Shown here piece by piece: positions 40,959-54,624 of a stretch of DNA of 64,000 nucleotides; the first letter of the stretch is position 1, and the number at the start of each line of letters is the position of its first letter. Under the pieces are notes generated by a model that ran no database searches, had not been told where the DNA came from, and worked only from the letters and a program-made list of their open reading frames with translations. The stretch is from Candidatus Marinacidobacterium sp. (GTDB lineage Bacteria > Acidobacteriota > Vicinamibacteria > Marinacidobacterales > Marinacidobacteraceae): NCBI GenBank assembly GCA_965220965.1, contig OZ244852.1, positions 1,376,001-1,440,000 on the forward strand, written 5' to 3'. The translations under genes and the position numbers were made by a program.

Positions 40959-41456
40959 ATGCGCCGGACCGTTTTCGCGACCCTCGCCCTTCTCGCCATC
41001 GCGGCGCTCGCCGCCGGCCACCCGCACTTCAACAAGACCGTCTCGACGACCGTCGGCGAGGTCGAAGTGTCGATCAGCTACAACTCGACCGACGCCAACA
41101 TGGAGCGCGTCGCCGCCGTCGAGGCGGGCGCCTTCGTGAGCCCGCGCGGACCCCGCCTGAACCTCTCCGGCGACATGATGGCCGGGGACATGTCGATCGC
41201 CGCCGGCGAATACGTCATCGGCGTGATCCGGGGCGACGACGGGATGTGGACCATGGCCCTCCACGAGGGCGCCATCCCGCGCGGCGAGGCGCCTGACATG
41301 AGCAAGGTCATGAAGCTGGACTCCCGCTACTCCGAGGACATGGGGACCGCCGACCACATGCTGATCGACATCACCGCGGGCTCCGGCGACTTCGCCGGCC
41401 GGCCGGTGCTGACGATCCACTTCGGCGGGATGCACCTGCAGGCCGCCATCGGCTAG
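40959..41456 (+). CDS. Small secreted protein, possibly DUF2911-like
   Basis: GGAGG RBS; signal peptide followed by HPH; EVSISY...IAAGEYVI pattern. Confidence 0.6.
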   Translation: MRRTVFATLALLAIAALAAGHPHFNKTVSTTVGEVEVSISYNSTDANMERVAAVEAGAFVSPRGPRLNLSGDMMAGDMSIAAGEYVIGVIRGDDGMWTMALHEGAIPRGEAPDMSKVMKLDSRYSEDMGTADHMLIDITAGSGDFAGRPVLTIHFGGMHLQAAIG

Positions 41457-41472
41457 CCCGGAAGCGAACGCC

Positions 41473-41494
41473 CCCGGCTTCCGCGGAAGCCGGG
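41473..41494. terminator. Hairpin between convergent genes
   Basis: CCCGGCTTCC-GC-GGAAGCCGGG perfect inverted repeat. Confidence 0.55.
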
Positions 41495-41500
41495 AAGCGC

Positions 41501-42742
41501 CTACGCGGCGGCGAGCGGTGATCGCCGCGCCCACTCGCGCGCGGCTTCCAGCACCCGGTCCACGTCGGACCCGTCGTTGAAGAGGTGAAAGGAGAAGCGC
41601 AGGACTCCGCGGCGAACCGAGTGCGCGACCCCGTGGCGCCCGAGGTGTTCGTTCAGCGAGGCCATCGCCGGGTCGTCCACCGAGTCGTGGCCGCCGGCGC
41701 CGGCGGTTCCCACCGAGACGAGATGCGCCAGATGAGGCCCCGGCTCGCCCCCGACGACCGGTAGCCCGAGCTCGAGCAGTCCCTCGACGAGCCGCGCCGC
41801 GAGCGCGCGGTTGTGGCGGTCCAGCGCGGCCGCCCCGAATCGTCCGATCACCTCGAGCCCGGCCTCCGCCGCCGTCGCGCCCAGGTAGTTGTAGTTCCCC
41901 AGCTCGAACCGCCGGGCCCCCGACGCGTAGGCGAGCCCTCCGTCCGGCATGTCGGTCACCGGGATGTTGTCCTCGCCTCCCAGACCGCTGACTCCGAAGC
42001 GCCCGAGCGCGGCTGGTGTCAGCGACTCGGCGAGCTCCCGGCGCACGAAGAGGAAGCCGGTCCCGTAGGAGGCCAGCAGCCCCTTCTGCGTCCCCACCGA
42101 GAGCACGTCGCAGCCGATGGCGCGCACGTCGGTGACGAGCGTTCCGGCCATCTGGGCCGCGTCCACCACGAACAGCGCGTCGGACCTTCGGCAGGCCTCG
42201 CGCAGCGGCGCCAGATCCGCCTCGAATCCCGGCGAGAACGAGATCGTCGCCGCGGTGACGATCCGGGTGCGGGGCCCGACCGCTTCCGCCATCCGCCCGG
42301 TGGGCAGCCGCCCGTCGGTGGCCGGGACTTCCACGAGCCGCACTCCCTCGCGCGCGGCGAGGTTCCGCCACGGGAGCACGTTCGCCGGGTGCTCGAGGTC
42401 CGGGCAGAGGACGACCTCGTCCCCTTCCCTCCAGTCCAGCGAGGTGAGGAACAGGGTGAACCCCTCGGTCACGTTCTTGACCCAGGCGATCTCGTCGGGC
42501 TCGGCCCCGACGAGCCGGGCGAACCGCCGACGGCCCCTCTCCAGCGTGTCGAACAGCGCCTCCTTGTCGGGATGGCCCTGCTCCCAGCGCCCGAAAAAGC
42601 TCTCCATCGCCTCGCGGACCGGGGTTCCGAGGAGGCTCCGCACCGCGACGTTCAGATAGGGCCGGACGGCGGCGCCGGGGAACAGGTCGCGCGCGCGCCC
42701 GACCGGGGCCGCCGAAGCCGAAGCCACCGCCGTTTCAGGCAT
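41501..42742 (-). CDS. Class V aminotransferase-fold PLP enzyme
   Basis: EHPANVLPW, VDAAQMAG, GTQKGLL (PLP Lys), RFELGN and LRFSFHLFN motifs. Confidence 0.88.
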   Translation of the reverse strand: MPETAVASASAAPVGRARDLFPGAAVRPYLNVAVRSLLGTPVREAMESFFGRWEQGHPDKEALFDTLERGRRRFARLVGAEPDEIAWVKNVTEGFTLFLTSLDWREGDEVVLCPDLEHPANVLPWRNLAAREGVRLVEVPATDGRLPTGRMAEAVGPRTRIVTAATISFSPGFEADLAPLREACRRSDALFVVDAAQMAGTLVTDVRAIGCDVLSVGTQKGLLASYGTGFLFVRRELAESLTPAALGRFGVSGLGGEDNIPVTDMPDGGLAYASGARRFELGNYNYLGATAAEAGLEVIGRFGAAALDRHNRALAARLVEGLLELGLPVVGGEPGPHLAHLVSVGTAGAGGHDSVDDPAMASLNEHLGRHGVAHSVRRGVLRFSFHLFNDGSDVDRVLEAAREWARRSPLAAA

Positions 42743-43964
42743 CGGTCGCCTCCGGCGTACGGCTTTCCCGCTTGCGGCGGGAAACGACGAGGGTTCCCAC
42801 CAGGTCCCCCAGGATGTTCAGGGTTGTCGTCGGCATGTCCACCAACCGATAGACACCGGCCACCAGCACCGCGAGTTCGAGCGGGAGGCCGAAGACAGTA
42901 AGGAGCAGCAACTGGTTCACCACGCCGCCGTTCGGAACCCCCGGCGCGGCCGCCGAGAGGAGGGCCCCGAACGCGACGACGGCGACCAGATCGGCGAATC
43001 CTAAGGGAGTTCCGGCCGCCTGCGCCGTGAAAATCACGACCCCGGCGAGGAGCACCGCGCTGCCGTCCTTGTGGAGCTGCGCGCCGAGCGGCAGCGTGAG
43101 CGCATAGACCGGCCGGGGGATCCCCATCCGCTCGGCGGTGTTCAGCGAGGCGCTCAGGCTGGCGAGGCTGCTGCAGGTCGAGATCGTGGTGGTCCACACC
43201 GTGGCGGTCTCCCGGACGAAGCGGACCGGAGGGGTGGACGAGAGGAACTTCAGGACGACGAGGTAGAGCCCGACGATCCCGATATCGGTCACCCAGACGC
43301 TGGCGATGTAGAGCCCGAGCGGACCGAAGACCGCCTGCCCGTGCTCCCCGACCGCGGCCGCCGCCAGCGCGGCGACCCCGATCGGCCCGAACCAGAGCAC
43401 GCCGCGCACGAGCTGGCGCAGCCACGCCGTCGCGGTGCGGAACGCCCGGACGACCGCCTCGCGGTCCCCGGACTCGAGCCGCCTCGCCGCAAACCCCAGC
43501 ATGATCCCGAGGATCACGATCCCGGTGACCCGGCCGTCCACGAAGACGCCGAACACGCTGTCCGGGATGAGGGCGTTCAGGAACTCCGCCCCCGAGGGCA
43601 GCGCGGCCGGCTCGCCTCCGGCGGCCTCGAGAGCCCCCGCCATGCCGTCGCCGGGCCGGAAGACCGCCAGCGCGAGGATCGCGAGCACCTGCGCCGCCAC
43701 CGCGGTGAGCGCGAAGAACACCGAGATCCTGATCAGCAGCCTGCCGGTTCCCCCCGCCGGGGAGGACCCGGCGAGCGCCACCACCAGGTTCGTGAACATG
43801 AGCGGCACGGCGGCCAGCACGAGGAGCCGGATGAACACGTCGCCGAGGAACGCCCCCGCGGTCGCCCGCTCTCCGATCAGTCCCCCGACGACCGCCCCCG
43901 CGGCCATCCCGAGGAGCATGAGCGTTCCGAGCGACGGGAGTCTCCCCCGGAGCCCGGACGCCAT
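42735..43964 (-). CDS. Dicarboxylate/amino acid:cation symporter (DAACS)
   Basis: STCSSLASL, LPLGAQLHKDG, GVPNGG and DMPTTTLNILGD motifs. Confidence 0.9.
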   Translation of the reverse strand: MASGLRGRLPSLGTLMLLGMAAGAVVGGLIGERATAGAFLGDVFIRLLVLAAVPLMFTNLVVALAGSSPAGGTGRLLIRISVFFALTAVAAQVLAILALAVFRPGDGMAGALEAAGGEPAALPSGAEFLNALIPDSVFGVFVDGRVTGIVILGIMLGFAARRLESGDREAVVRAFRTATAWLRQLVRGVLWFGPIGVAALAAAAVGEHGQAVFGPLGLYIASVWVTDIGIVGLYLVVLKFLSSTPPVRFVRETATVWTTTISTCSSLASLSASLNTAERMGIPRPVYALTLPLGAQLHKDGSAVLLAGVVIFTAQAAGTPLGFADLVAVVAFGALLSAAAPGVPNGGVVNQLLLLTVFGLPLELAVLVAGVYRLVDMPTTTLNILGDLVGTLVVSRRKRESRTPEATDA

Positions 43965-44051
43965 CCCGCGAAGGTATCAGCGATGCCGGACGGCGCGCCG
44001 CCCCCGGTATCATCGGAAAACCGCCGCACATCGGCGCCCGAGGAGGTCCGC

Positions 44052-46469
44052 ATGCGCACCTGGCGCGCTCTCCGCTTTGTTCTCCCCGCCGTTCTGGCGG
44101 CCCCGCTCGCTGCGGCGCAGGACGAGACGCGCAGCGTCTCCGGCCTCAGCGGCCCGGTCGAGGTCCTCCAGGACCGCTGGGGCGTGGACCACATCTACGC
44201 CGACTCGGAGGAGGATCTCTTCTTCGCGCAGGGCTACCGGGCGGCGGAGAACCGGCTCTTCCAGTTCGAGATGTGGCGCCGCCAGGCGACCGGGACGGTC
44301 GCCGAGATCCTGGGGCCGGAAGAGCTCGATCGCGACATCGGAACCCGCCTCCACATGTTCCGCAAGGACATGGGCGAGGAGATGCGCCACTACCACCCCC
44401 GGGGCGACTCGATCATCCCGGCCTTCGTGCGCGGGATCAACGCCCGGATCGCCGAGGCCCGGATGGATCCGGACTCCCTGCCGCTCGAGTTCCGCCTCCT
44501 CGGCATCCTCCCCGAGCCCTGGACCGAGGAGGTCGTGATCTCACGCCACCAGGGCCTGCTCTCGAACGTCAACCAGGAGCTGAACCTCGGGATGGCGGTC
44601 GCCGCGGTCGGCGCCGACGTCCTCCGCGACACCGACTGGTACCGCCCCGGGGTCCCGACGCTCGACCTCGACCCGGCGATCGACGGCTCGCTGCTGAAGC
44701 CGGAGATCCTCGACATCTACCGCGCCTTCCGGGGCCCGGTCATCTTCCGGCCCGACAACATCGTCGCCGAACACCGGAACCGGGACGCCGAGCGGCTGGC
44801 GCTGCTCGAGGAGTTCCCGTCCGAGCTGCGGCTGGTGGACCAGGGCGAGCACATCGGCTCGAACAACTGGGTCATCGGCGGGGAGCGGACCTGGACCGGT
44901 CTCCCGCTCATCGTGAACGACCCGCACCGGACGATCGTCGCGCCCTCGCTGCGCTACTTCGCGCACCTCGAGGGCCCGGGCTGGACGGTGATCGGCGGAG
45001 GCGAGCCGGTGCTGCCCGGGATCTCGATCGGGCACAACGGCAGGGGCGGCTGGGGCCTCACCGTGTTCGGGCAGGACAACGAGGACCTCATGGTCTACGA
45101 CACGAACCCCGAAGACACCGACCAGTACCGCTATCTCGGCGGCTGGGAGTCGATGACCGTCCGCACCGAGACGATCGCCGTCAAGGGCCAGCCCGACCAC
45201 ACCGCCACCCTCAAGTACACCCGCCACGGCCCGGTGGTCTACGAGGACACGGCGAACCACAAGGCCTACGCGCTCCGCGCCGCCTGGCTCGAGATCGGCA
45301 ACTCGCCCTATCTCGCCAGCCTGCGGATGAACCAGGCGCAGACCTGGGAGGAGTTCGTGGAGGCCTGCAACTACAGCGGCATCCCCGCCGAGAACATGAT
45401 CTGGGGGGATGTGGACGGGAACATCGGCTACCAGGCGGTCGGCGTCTCCCCGATCCGGAACGCCAACTGGAGCGGGCTCGTCCCGGTCCCCGGCGACGGC
45501 CGCTACGAGTGGAGCGGCTACCTCCCGATCAAGGCGCTCCCCTCGGTCAAGAACCCCGAGAAGGGCTTCTGGGGCACCGCAAACAACCTGATGGCCCCGG
45601 CGGTCGCGTCCGACTACCCGCACCCCGAGGCGCTCCACTTCACCTGGGGCGACGAGATGCGGGGCCTGCGGGTGGACGAGATGATGCGGACCGGCGCCCG
45701 CTTCACCGTGCAGGACATGATGGCGCAGCAGCACGACGAGCTGAGCGTCGTCGCCCGGAACCTCGTGCCGATGCTGCTGCTGGCCGAGCCGCCGGACAGC
45801 GCCGCCCTCGCGCTCCTCGAGGACTGGGACTTCGTGATGGACCGCGAGTCCACCGCGGCCTCCGTCTACTGGCACTTCGAGCGCCGGGTCTCCGCCGCGA
45901 TGCGCGAGCTCCTGATCCCGGAGGCCGCCCGCGGGCTGATCCGGGGGGTCAACAAGAAGCGGATGTTCGACCACCTGCTCGCTCCCGACGGCCGCTTCGG
46001 CGAGGACCCGATCGCCGGCCGCGACGAGCTGCTGCTCGCCGCGTTCGAGGGGGGCGTCGCCGACCTGACCGAGCGCCTGGGCGCCGACCCGGCGAACTGG
46101 CGCTACGGCCAGGAGGCCATGAAGCACGTCCACATCACCCACACGATGGCGCAGGCGGTGGATGACGAGACCCGCGCCCTGCTCGAGGTGGGCCCCTGGC
46201 CGAGGGGCGGCTACGAGTCCACGGTGAACAACACCGGCGGCGGCCTGAACCAGACCTCGGGCGGGAGTTTCCGGGTGATCCTCGACCCCTCGAACTGGGA
46301 CAACTCTGTGGCGACCAGCGCCCCCGGCCAGTCCGGGGACCCGATGAACCCGCACTACCGGGACCTCTTCGAGCTCTGGGTCCGCCACCAGTACTTCCCG
46401 CTGGCCTACACCCGCCCGCGGGTCGAGTCGGTCACCGAACACCACCTGCTGCTCGAACCCGCGTCCTGA
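44052..46469 (+). CDS. Penicillin acylase family Ntn-hydrolase, secreted
   Basis: DRWGVDHIYA, DLFFAQGY, GSNNW (Ntn Ser), NDPH and PGQSGDP motifs. Confidence 0.92.
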   Translation: MRTWRALRFVLPAVLAAPLAAAQDETRSVSGLSGPVEVLQDRWGVDHIYADSEEDLFFAQGYRAAENRLFQFEMWRRQATGTVAEILGPEELDRDIGTRLHMFRKDMGEEMRHYHPRGDSIIPAFVRGINARIAEARMDPDSLPLEFRLLGILPEPWTEEVVISRHQGLLSNVNQELNLGMAVAAVGADVLRDTDWYRPGVPTLDLDPAIDGSLLKPEILDIYRAFRGPVIFRPDNIVAEHRNRDAERLALLEEFPSELRLVDQGEHIGSNNWVIGGERTWTGLPLIVNDPHRTIVAPSLRYFAHLEGPGWTVIGGGEPVLPGISIGHNGRGGWGLTVFGQDNEDLMVYDTNPEDTDQYRYLGGWESMTVRTETIAVKGQPDHTATLKYTRHGPVVYEDTANHKAYALRAAWLEIGNSPYLASLRMNQAQTWEEFVEACNYSGIPAENMIWGDVDGNIGYQAVGVSPIRNANWSGLVPVPGDGRYEWSGYLPIKALPSVKNPEKGFWGTANNLMAPAVASDYPHPEALHFTWGDEMRGLRVDEMMRTGARFTVQDMMAQQHDELSVVARNLVPMLLLAEPPDSAALALLEDWDFVMDRESTAASVYWHFERRVSAAMRELLIPEAARGLIRGVNKKRMFDHLLAPDGRFGEDPIAGRDELLLAAFEGGVADLTERLGADPANWRYGQEAMKHVHITHTMAQAVDDETRALLEVGPWPRGGYESTVNNTGGGLNQTSGGSFRVILDPSNWDNSVATSAPGQSGDPMNPHYRDLFELWVRHQYFPLAYTRPRVESVTEHHLLLEPAS

Positions 46470-46488
46470 GGTCCGCCTCCGGAGCGCG

Positions 46489-47448
46489 ATGAGCCCTCCC
46501 GCACGGACCCGGCTGCGCTCGGTCGCGCGCTGGGTCCCGCCGGCGTTCCTGCTCGTCACCCTGCCGGCGGCGTGGATCCTGCATCTCTCCGGCGGCATGG
46601 GGGCGGTCATCGGCTGGGTCGCGCTCATCGGGATCGGCCAGCTTCTGGCTCCCCTGACGCTGCTCGTCCTCCTGATCCACCTGATCCGGAAACGACGCTT
46701 CAGCGCCCCGATGCTGCTCACCGCCGCGCTCACCGTCGTCGCGTTCTTCCCGGCGCTGTGGGGCTTCGGGCTGCTGGCGCGGCCGTTCCCCTACGACCTC
46801 GAGACCCAGCGTCCCGCCGCCACCGTGCGCCTGCCTTCGGATGAACGGCTGCGGGTGGCGTGGGGCGGGGACAGCCTGGAGACGAACTACCACGCCTTCA
46901 CCCCGGACCAGCGCTGGGCCTACGACCTGCTCGTCGAGCCGGCGGCCCACGGCTCGACCCGTCTCGAGGACTACGGCTGCTACGGAACGCCGGTGGTCGC
47001 GCCGGTCAGCGCGCGGGTCCACCACGCGACCGACGGGGCGCCCGACGAGGTCCCGGGCGTTCCTTCGGCCAATGTCGCAAACGCCACCGGCAACTCGGTC
47101 GTCCTCGAGCTCGACGCCGGGACCTACCTGGTGATCGCCCACCTGAAGCCCGGCAGCGTCCTGGTGGCGCCCGGCGACGAGGTGCGCGAGGGCCAGCCGA
47201 TCGGCGCCTGCGGCAACTCCGGGAACACCAGCGAACCGCACATCCACATCCACCACCAGCGGCAGGATCCCCTGGTCTTCCTGCTGAACTTCGCGGAGGG
47301 GCTGCCGCTCTTCTTCCGGGACCACGACGGCGCCCCGATGCCCACCGGCGGCATCGAGGTCTCGGGCGAGGAGATCACGCTCGTCGGCGATATCGTGGAG
47401 CACACCGGGTCCGGCCCAGAGCCGCCCGCGAAACGGAGTCCCTCATGA
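46489..47448 (+). CDS. M23 family metallopeptidase with N-terminal TM helices
   Basis: NYH...YAYD-like WAYD; GNSVVL; IAHLKPGS; CGNSGNTSEPHIH. Confidence 0.85.
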   Translation: MSPPARTRLRSVARWVPPAFLLVTLPAAWILHLSGGMGAVIGWVALIGIGQLLAPLTLLVLLIHLIRKRRFSAPMLLTAALTVVAFFPALWGFGLLARPFPYDLETQRPAATVRLPSDERLRVAWGGDSLETNYHAFTPDQRWAYDLLVEPAAHGSTRLEDYGCYGTPVVAPVSARVHHATDGAPDEVPGVPSANVANATGNSVVLELDAGTYLVIAHLKPGSVLVAPGDEVREGQPIGACGNSGNTSEPHIHIHHQRQDPLVFLLNFAEGLPLFFRDHDGAPMPTGGIEVSGEEITLVGDIVEHTGSGPEPPAKRSPS

Positions 47449-48353
47449 AGCACCAGCCCAGAGCCCGACGCCTGCCGCTCCTGCTTGTCCTGACCGCGGT
47501 CGTCGGCGCGCCGACGGTCGCGTGGCCGCAGGAGGTCCGGCTCGCCTGGAAGTACGAGCCCGGAACCGACCTGACCTACCGCATGGTCGTGGAGACCGAG
47601 ACCGAGCTGGGGCCCCCCATGCCCTCGATCACGATGACCATGGACATCCTCATGGGCCTGCTCGTCGAGGACGTCACCGAGGAGGGCCATACGACGATCC
47701 GCCTGACCACCGAGCGCGTTCGGGCCGTGGTGGATGGGCCGATGGGGACGATGAGCGTCGACTCCGAGGACGAGGCGTCCACCGGCGGCCCTCTCGACTC
47801 CTTCGTGGCGATGGCCGGCCTCGGGTACACCGTCGTCACCGACGCGCAGGGCGACCTGATCGAGATCTCGGGCCTCGAGGAGATGCAGGAGGCGTTGCGC
47901 GCCCAGTCGACGGGAGCGCCGGGAATGATGGGTCCCGATCAGATCCTCGACGAAGCGGCGCTCCGCGGCCAATGGGAGCAGGGGTTCGGGAAGCTGCCGG
48001 AGGAGGCCGTCGGCGTGGGGTCCACCTGGGAGAGCAGTTTCAGTTTGCCCCTGCCCGGAGGCGACCCGGTCACGATCGGGACCACCCACGAAGTGGTCTC
48101 TGTCGAGGGAGGCATCGTCGAGTTCACCGAGTCGGGCGGCATGGCCGCATCCGAAGGACCCGCGGCGCCCGCCTCCCTTCCGGTGAGGATCGAGACGCTG
48201 GAGAGCACCGGCTCCACCCGCTTCGACGCGAGCCGGGGACTACTGCTCGGGACCGAGGGGACCGTGACCGTTGCGATGGTGGGCGAGATGGCGGGGCGCG
48301 AGACCAACATGGGGATGGTGATGCGCACGACGCTCGAGCTCATCGAGGAGTAG
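47445..48353 (+). CDS. Secreted hypothetical protein (DUF6263-like)
   Basis: Signal peptide; LAWKYEPG; LPEEAVGVGSTW; translationally coupled to the M23 gene. Confidence 0.6.
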   Translation: MKHQPRARRLPLLLVLTAVVGAPTVAWPQEVRLAWKYEPGTDLTYRMVVETETELGPPMPSITMTMDILMGLLVEDVTEEGHTTIRLTTERVRAVVDGPMGTMSVDSEDEASTGGPLDSFVAMAGLGYTVVTDAQGDLIEISGLEEMQEALRAQSTGAPGMMGPDQILDEAALRGQWEQGFGKLPEEAVGVGSTWESSFSLPLPGGDPVTIGTTHEVVSVEGGIVEFTESGGMAASEGPAAPASLPVRIETLESTGSTRFDASRGLLLGTEGTVTVAMVGEMAGRETNMGMVMRTTLELIEE

Positions 48354-48415
48354 CCGGCGCGGCCGGGATGACTTGCTCGCGGCCGGGCGCGACTCTGGTG
48401 GAATACTCCGCCCGG

Positions 48416-49543
48416 ATGAGCACTCCCCGAACCCTCCCCGCTGTCTTCGCGGCGGCGATCCTGTTCCAGGCGGGCGCCGCCGCCGCGCAGCCCTTCCGGC
48501 TGGGCTCGTTCGAACACCGGGGCGAGGCCTTCCTCGGCATCGTCCTGCGGGACGCCTGGGCCATCGAGCTGGAACGCGCGAACGCCGCGCTCGAACGCCG
48601 GAACCGGCTCTGGGTGACGCTTCCCATGCCGGCGGACATGAACGAGCTCGCCGGCCGCTGGTCGCTCGGGATGCGCGACCGCGTCCACGGGATCGCGGAG
48701 CAGGCGGCGCCCCTCCTCGACCTCCCGGAGGCCGAGCGCCCGGTGTGGATCCACCCCCTCGAAGGGCTCAAGGTCTTCCCCCCGGTCCGCCCCGGCAAGA
48801 TCCTGGCGGCCGCGCTGAACTACCCGGCTCACGGCGTCGAGATGACGACCGGCGCTCCCGCCGCGATGTCGGACGCCTCGGCGCTCGACGACGAGCAGGT
48901 CTCGATGGATCACTTCTGGGAGCGGGACCCGGAGGACCCACGGCAGAACCCCTACCTGTTCATGAAGCCGGGGAGCATCGCCATCGGGCACGGCGACCCG
49001 ATCCTCATCAAGCCGGACCGCGAGATGGTGGACTGGGAGTGCGAGCTCGCGGTCGTGATCGGGACGCCGGCGAGCGACGCCTCCGGCGAGCACGCCGGCG
49101 CCCACATCTTCGGCTTCACGATGATGAACGACGTGGGCGACCGCGAGGGGCGAGGCGACGACCGCTACGGCTCCGACTGGCTCGTCTGGAAGAGCACCGA
49201 GACCTTCGCCCCGCTCGGCCCCTTCATCACGCCCGCCGAGTTCATCGCGGACCCCCATGACCTCGACATCCGCTTCACGCTCTCCGGCGAGATCATGCAG
49301 GACGCGAACACCAGCCTCATGGAGCACACGGTGTACGAGCTCATCCAGTTCGCCTCGCACAACCTCATCCTCGAGCCCGGCGACGTAATCGCCACCGGCA
49401 CCCCGGACGGGGTCGGCTACGCCCGCACCCCGCCGATCTTCATGCGGCCCGGCGACACCGCCGCCTGCTGGGCCGAGGGGGTCGGGATGCTCGAGAACCC
49501 GGTCCGCAACTGGTCCGACGAAACGACGCTGAGCCGCCCGTGA
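48416..49543 (+). CDS. Fumarylacetoacetate hydrolase family protein with signal peptide
   Basis: AALNY, PYLFMK, DWECEL, NDVGDR, PLGPFI and PGDVIATGTP motifs. Confidence 0.88.
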   Translation: MSTPRTLPAVFAAAILFQAGAAAAQPFRLGSFEHRGEAFLGIVLRDAWAIELERANAALERRNRLWVTLPMPADMNELAGRWSLGMRDRVHGIAEQAAPLLDLPEAERPVWIHPLEGLKVFPPVRPGKILAAALNYPAHGVEMTTGAPAAMSDASALDDEQVSMDHFWERDPEDPRQNPYLFMKPGSIAIGHGDPILIKPDREMVDWECELAVVIGTPASDASGEHAGAHIFGFTMMNDVGDREGRGDDRYGSDWLVWKSTETFAPLGPFITPAEFIADPHDLDIRFTLSGEIMQDANTSLMEHTVYELIQFASHNLILEPGDVIATGTPDGVGYARTPPIFMRPGDTAACWAEGVGMLENPVRNWSDETTLSRP

Positions 49544-50682
49544 TCACCGACCCTTTCGCCGTATTCCTGACCCTCGCCGCGGTCGTTTTCACCGCCGTCT
49601 GGCTGGAGTCGCGCTACCGATTCTTCCGGACCGCGAGCGCCGGGCTGATGTGCCTCACGTTCGGGATGCTGCTGTCGAACTCGGGCATCCTGCCGGGCGA
49701 CGCCGAGGCCTACAGCCAGCTCGGCACGATCTGGGTGAACGCCGCGATCGTGCTGATCCTGCTCGCGGTGGACCTCAAGACAATCCGCCAGGCGGGGACG
49801 AAGATGCTGGGCGCCTTCGGGGTCGGGGCGATCGGCACGATGACCGGGGTGGCGACGGCGACGCTCCTGTGGTCGGGCGCGGTGGGGCCCGAGAGCTGGA
49901 AGCTCTCCGGGCAGTTCACCGGCACCTACATCGGCGGCGGCGCGAACTTCTACGCGCTCGGCAACGCGTTCTCGACCGACCCCTCGGTCATGTCCGGCGC
50001 GGTCGCCGCCGACGTGATCGTGACCGTCGCCTGGCTCGCCGCCTGCCTGACGCTCCCGGCGATCCTCTCCCGCAAGGCGAACCAGGCGCTCGAGACCGCC
50101 CCGGTCTCCCCCGACCAGCCGATGACGCTCGAGCAGCGGCTCAAGGAGAGCGGCGAGAGCCTGCGGGTGATCGACTTCTTCGGCCTCGCCGCGATCACTC
50201 TCGGGGTCATGGTGGTGGCGCAGACGCTGGGCGCGGCGATCCCCGCGGTCCCCGCCGTCCTCTGGCTGACCACGATCGCGCTGATCCTCGGCCACACCCC
50301 CTGGGTCCGCCGCCTGCGCGGCGCCCCGGTGCTCGGGAACGCGCTCATCATGCTGTTCCTCGCCGGGAACGGCGCCCAGTCGCTCGTCTCCGAGATGCTC
50401 GCCGCCGGCCCGGCGCTCTTCCTGTTCGCGCTCACGACGGTCGGGATCCACGGCCTCGTCATCTTTGGCGTCGGCCGGCTGCTGCGCTTCGACTTCGGGA
50501 CGCTCGCGGTGGCCTCGCAGGCGAACATCGGCGGCGCCGCCTCGGCGGTGGCGATCGCCTCGGCGCGCGGCTACGGGGACAAGCTCCTCCCCGGCATCGC
50601 GGTGGCGCTCGCCGGCTACGCCGTCGGGAACTACCTCGGGTTCGGGGTCGGCACGCTCGCCCGCGCGCTCCTCGGCGGCTGA
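49540..50682 (+). CDS. DUF819 family membrane protein
   Basis: GTYIGGGANF, ASQANIGG and GYAVGNYLG motifs; multiple TM helices. Confidence 0.85.
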   Translation: MITDPFAVFLTLAAVVFTAVWLESRYRFFRTASAGLMCLTFGMLLSNSGILPGDAEAYSQLGTIWVNAAIVLILLAVDLKTIRQAGTKMLGAFGVGAIGTMTGVATATLLWSGAVGPESWKLSGQFTGTYIGGGANFYALGNAFSTDPSVMSGAVAADVIVTVAWLAACLTLPAILSRKANQALETAPVSPDQPMTLEQRLKESGESLRVIDFFGLAAITLGVMVVAQTLGAAIPAVPAVLWLTTIALILGHTPWVRRLRGAPVLGNALIMLFLAGNGAQSLVSEMLAAGPALFLFALTTVGIHGLVIFGVGRLLRFDFGTLAVASQANIGGAASAVAIASARGYGDKLLPGIAVALAGYAVGNYLGFGVGTLARALLGG

Positions 50683-50715
50683 CGGGCGACGGACCGGGGC
50701 CGGCCCCGGACTCCG

Positions 50716-54537
<3,822 letters not shown>

Positions 54538-54624
54538 TCACCCGGACCGGCCTGCTCCCTGGCTGATAGGGTCGCCCGCGGAACGGGAGTCCTGCCTGGG
54601 ACCGCCCGATAGACGCGTTCCACG

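Noticed and set aside
41501-42742. PLP enzyme as a selenocysteine lyase serving the nearby selenoprotein
   Set aside because: Lacks the catalytic Cys loop of NifS/SufS enzymes and is linked to the DAACS gene on the opposite strand from the selenoprotein.
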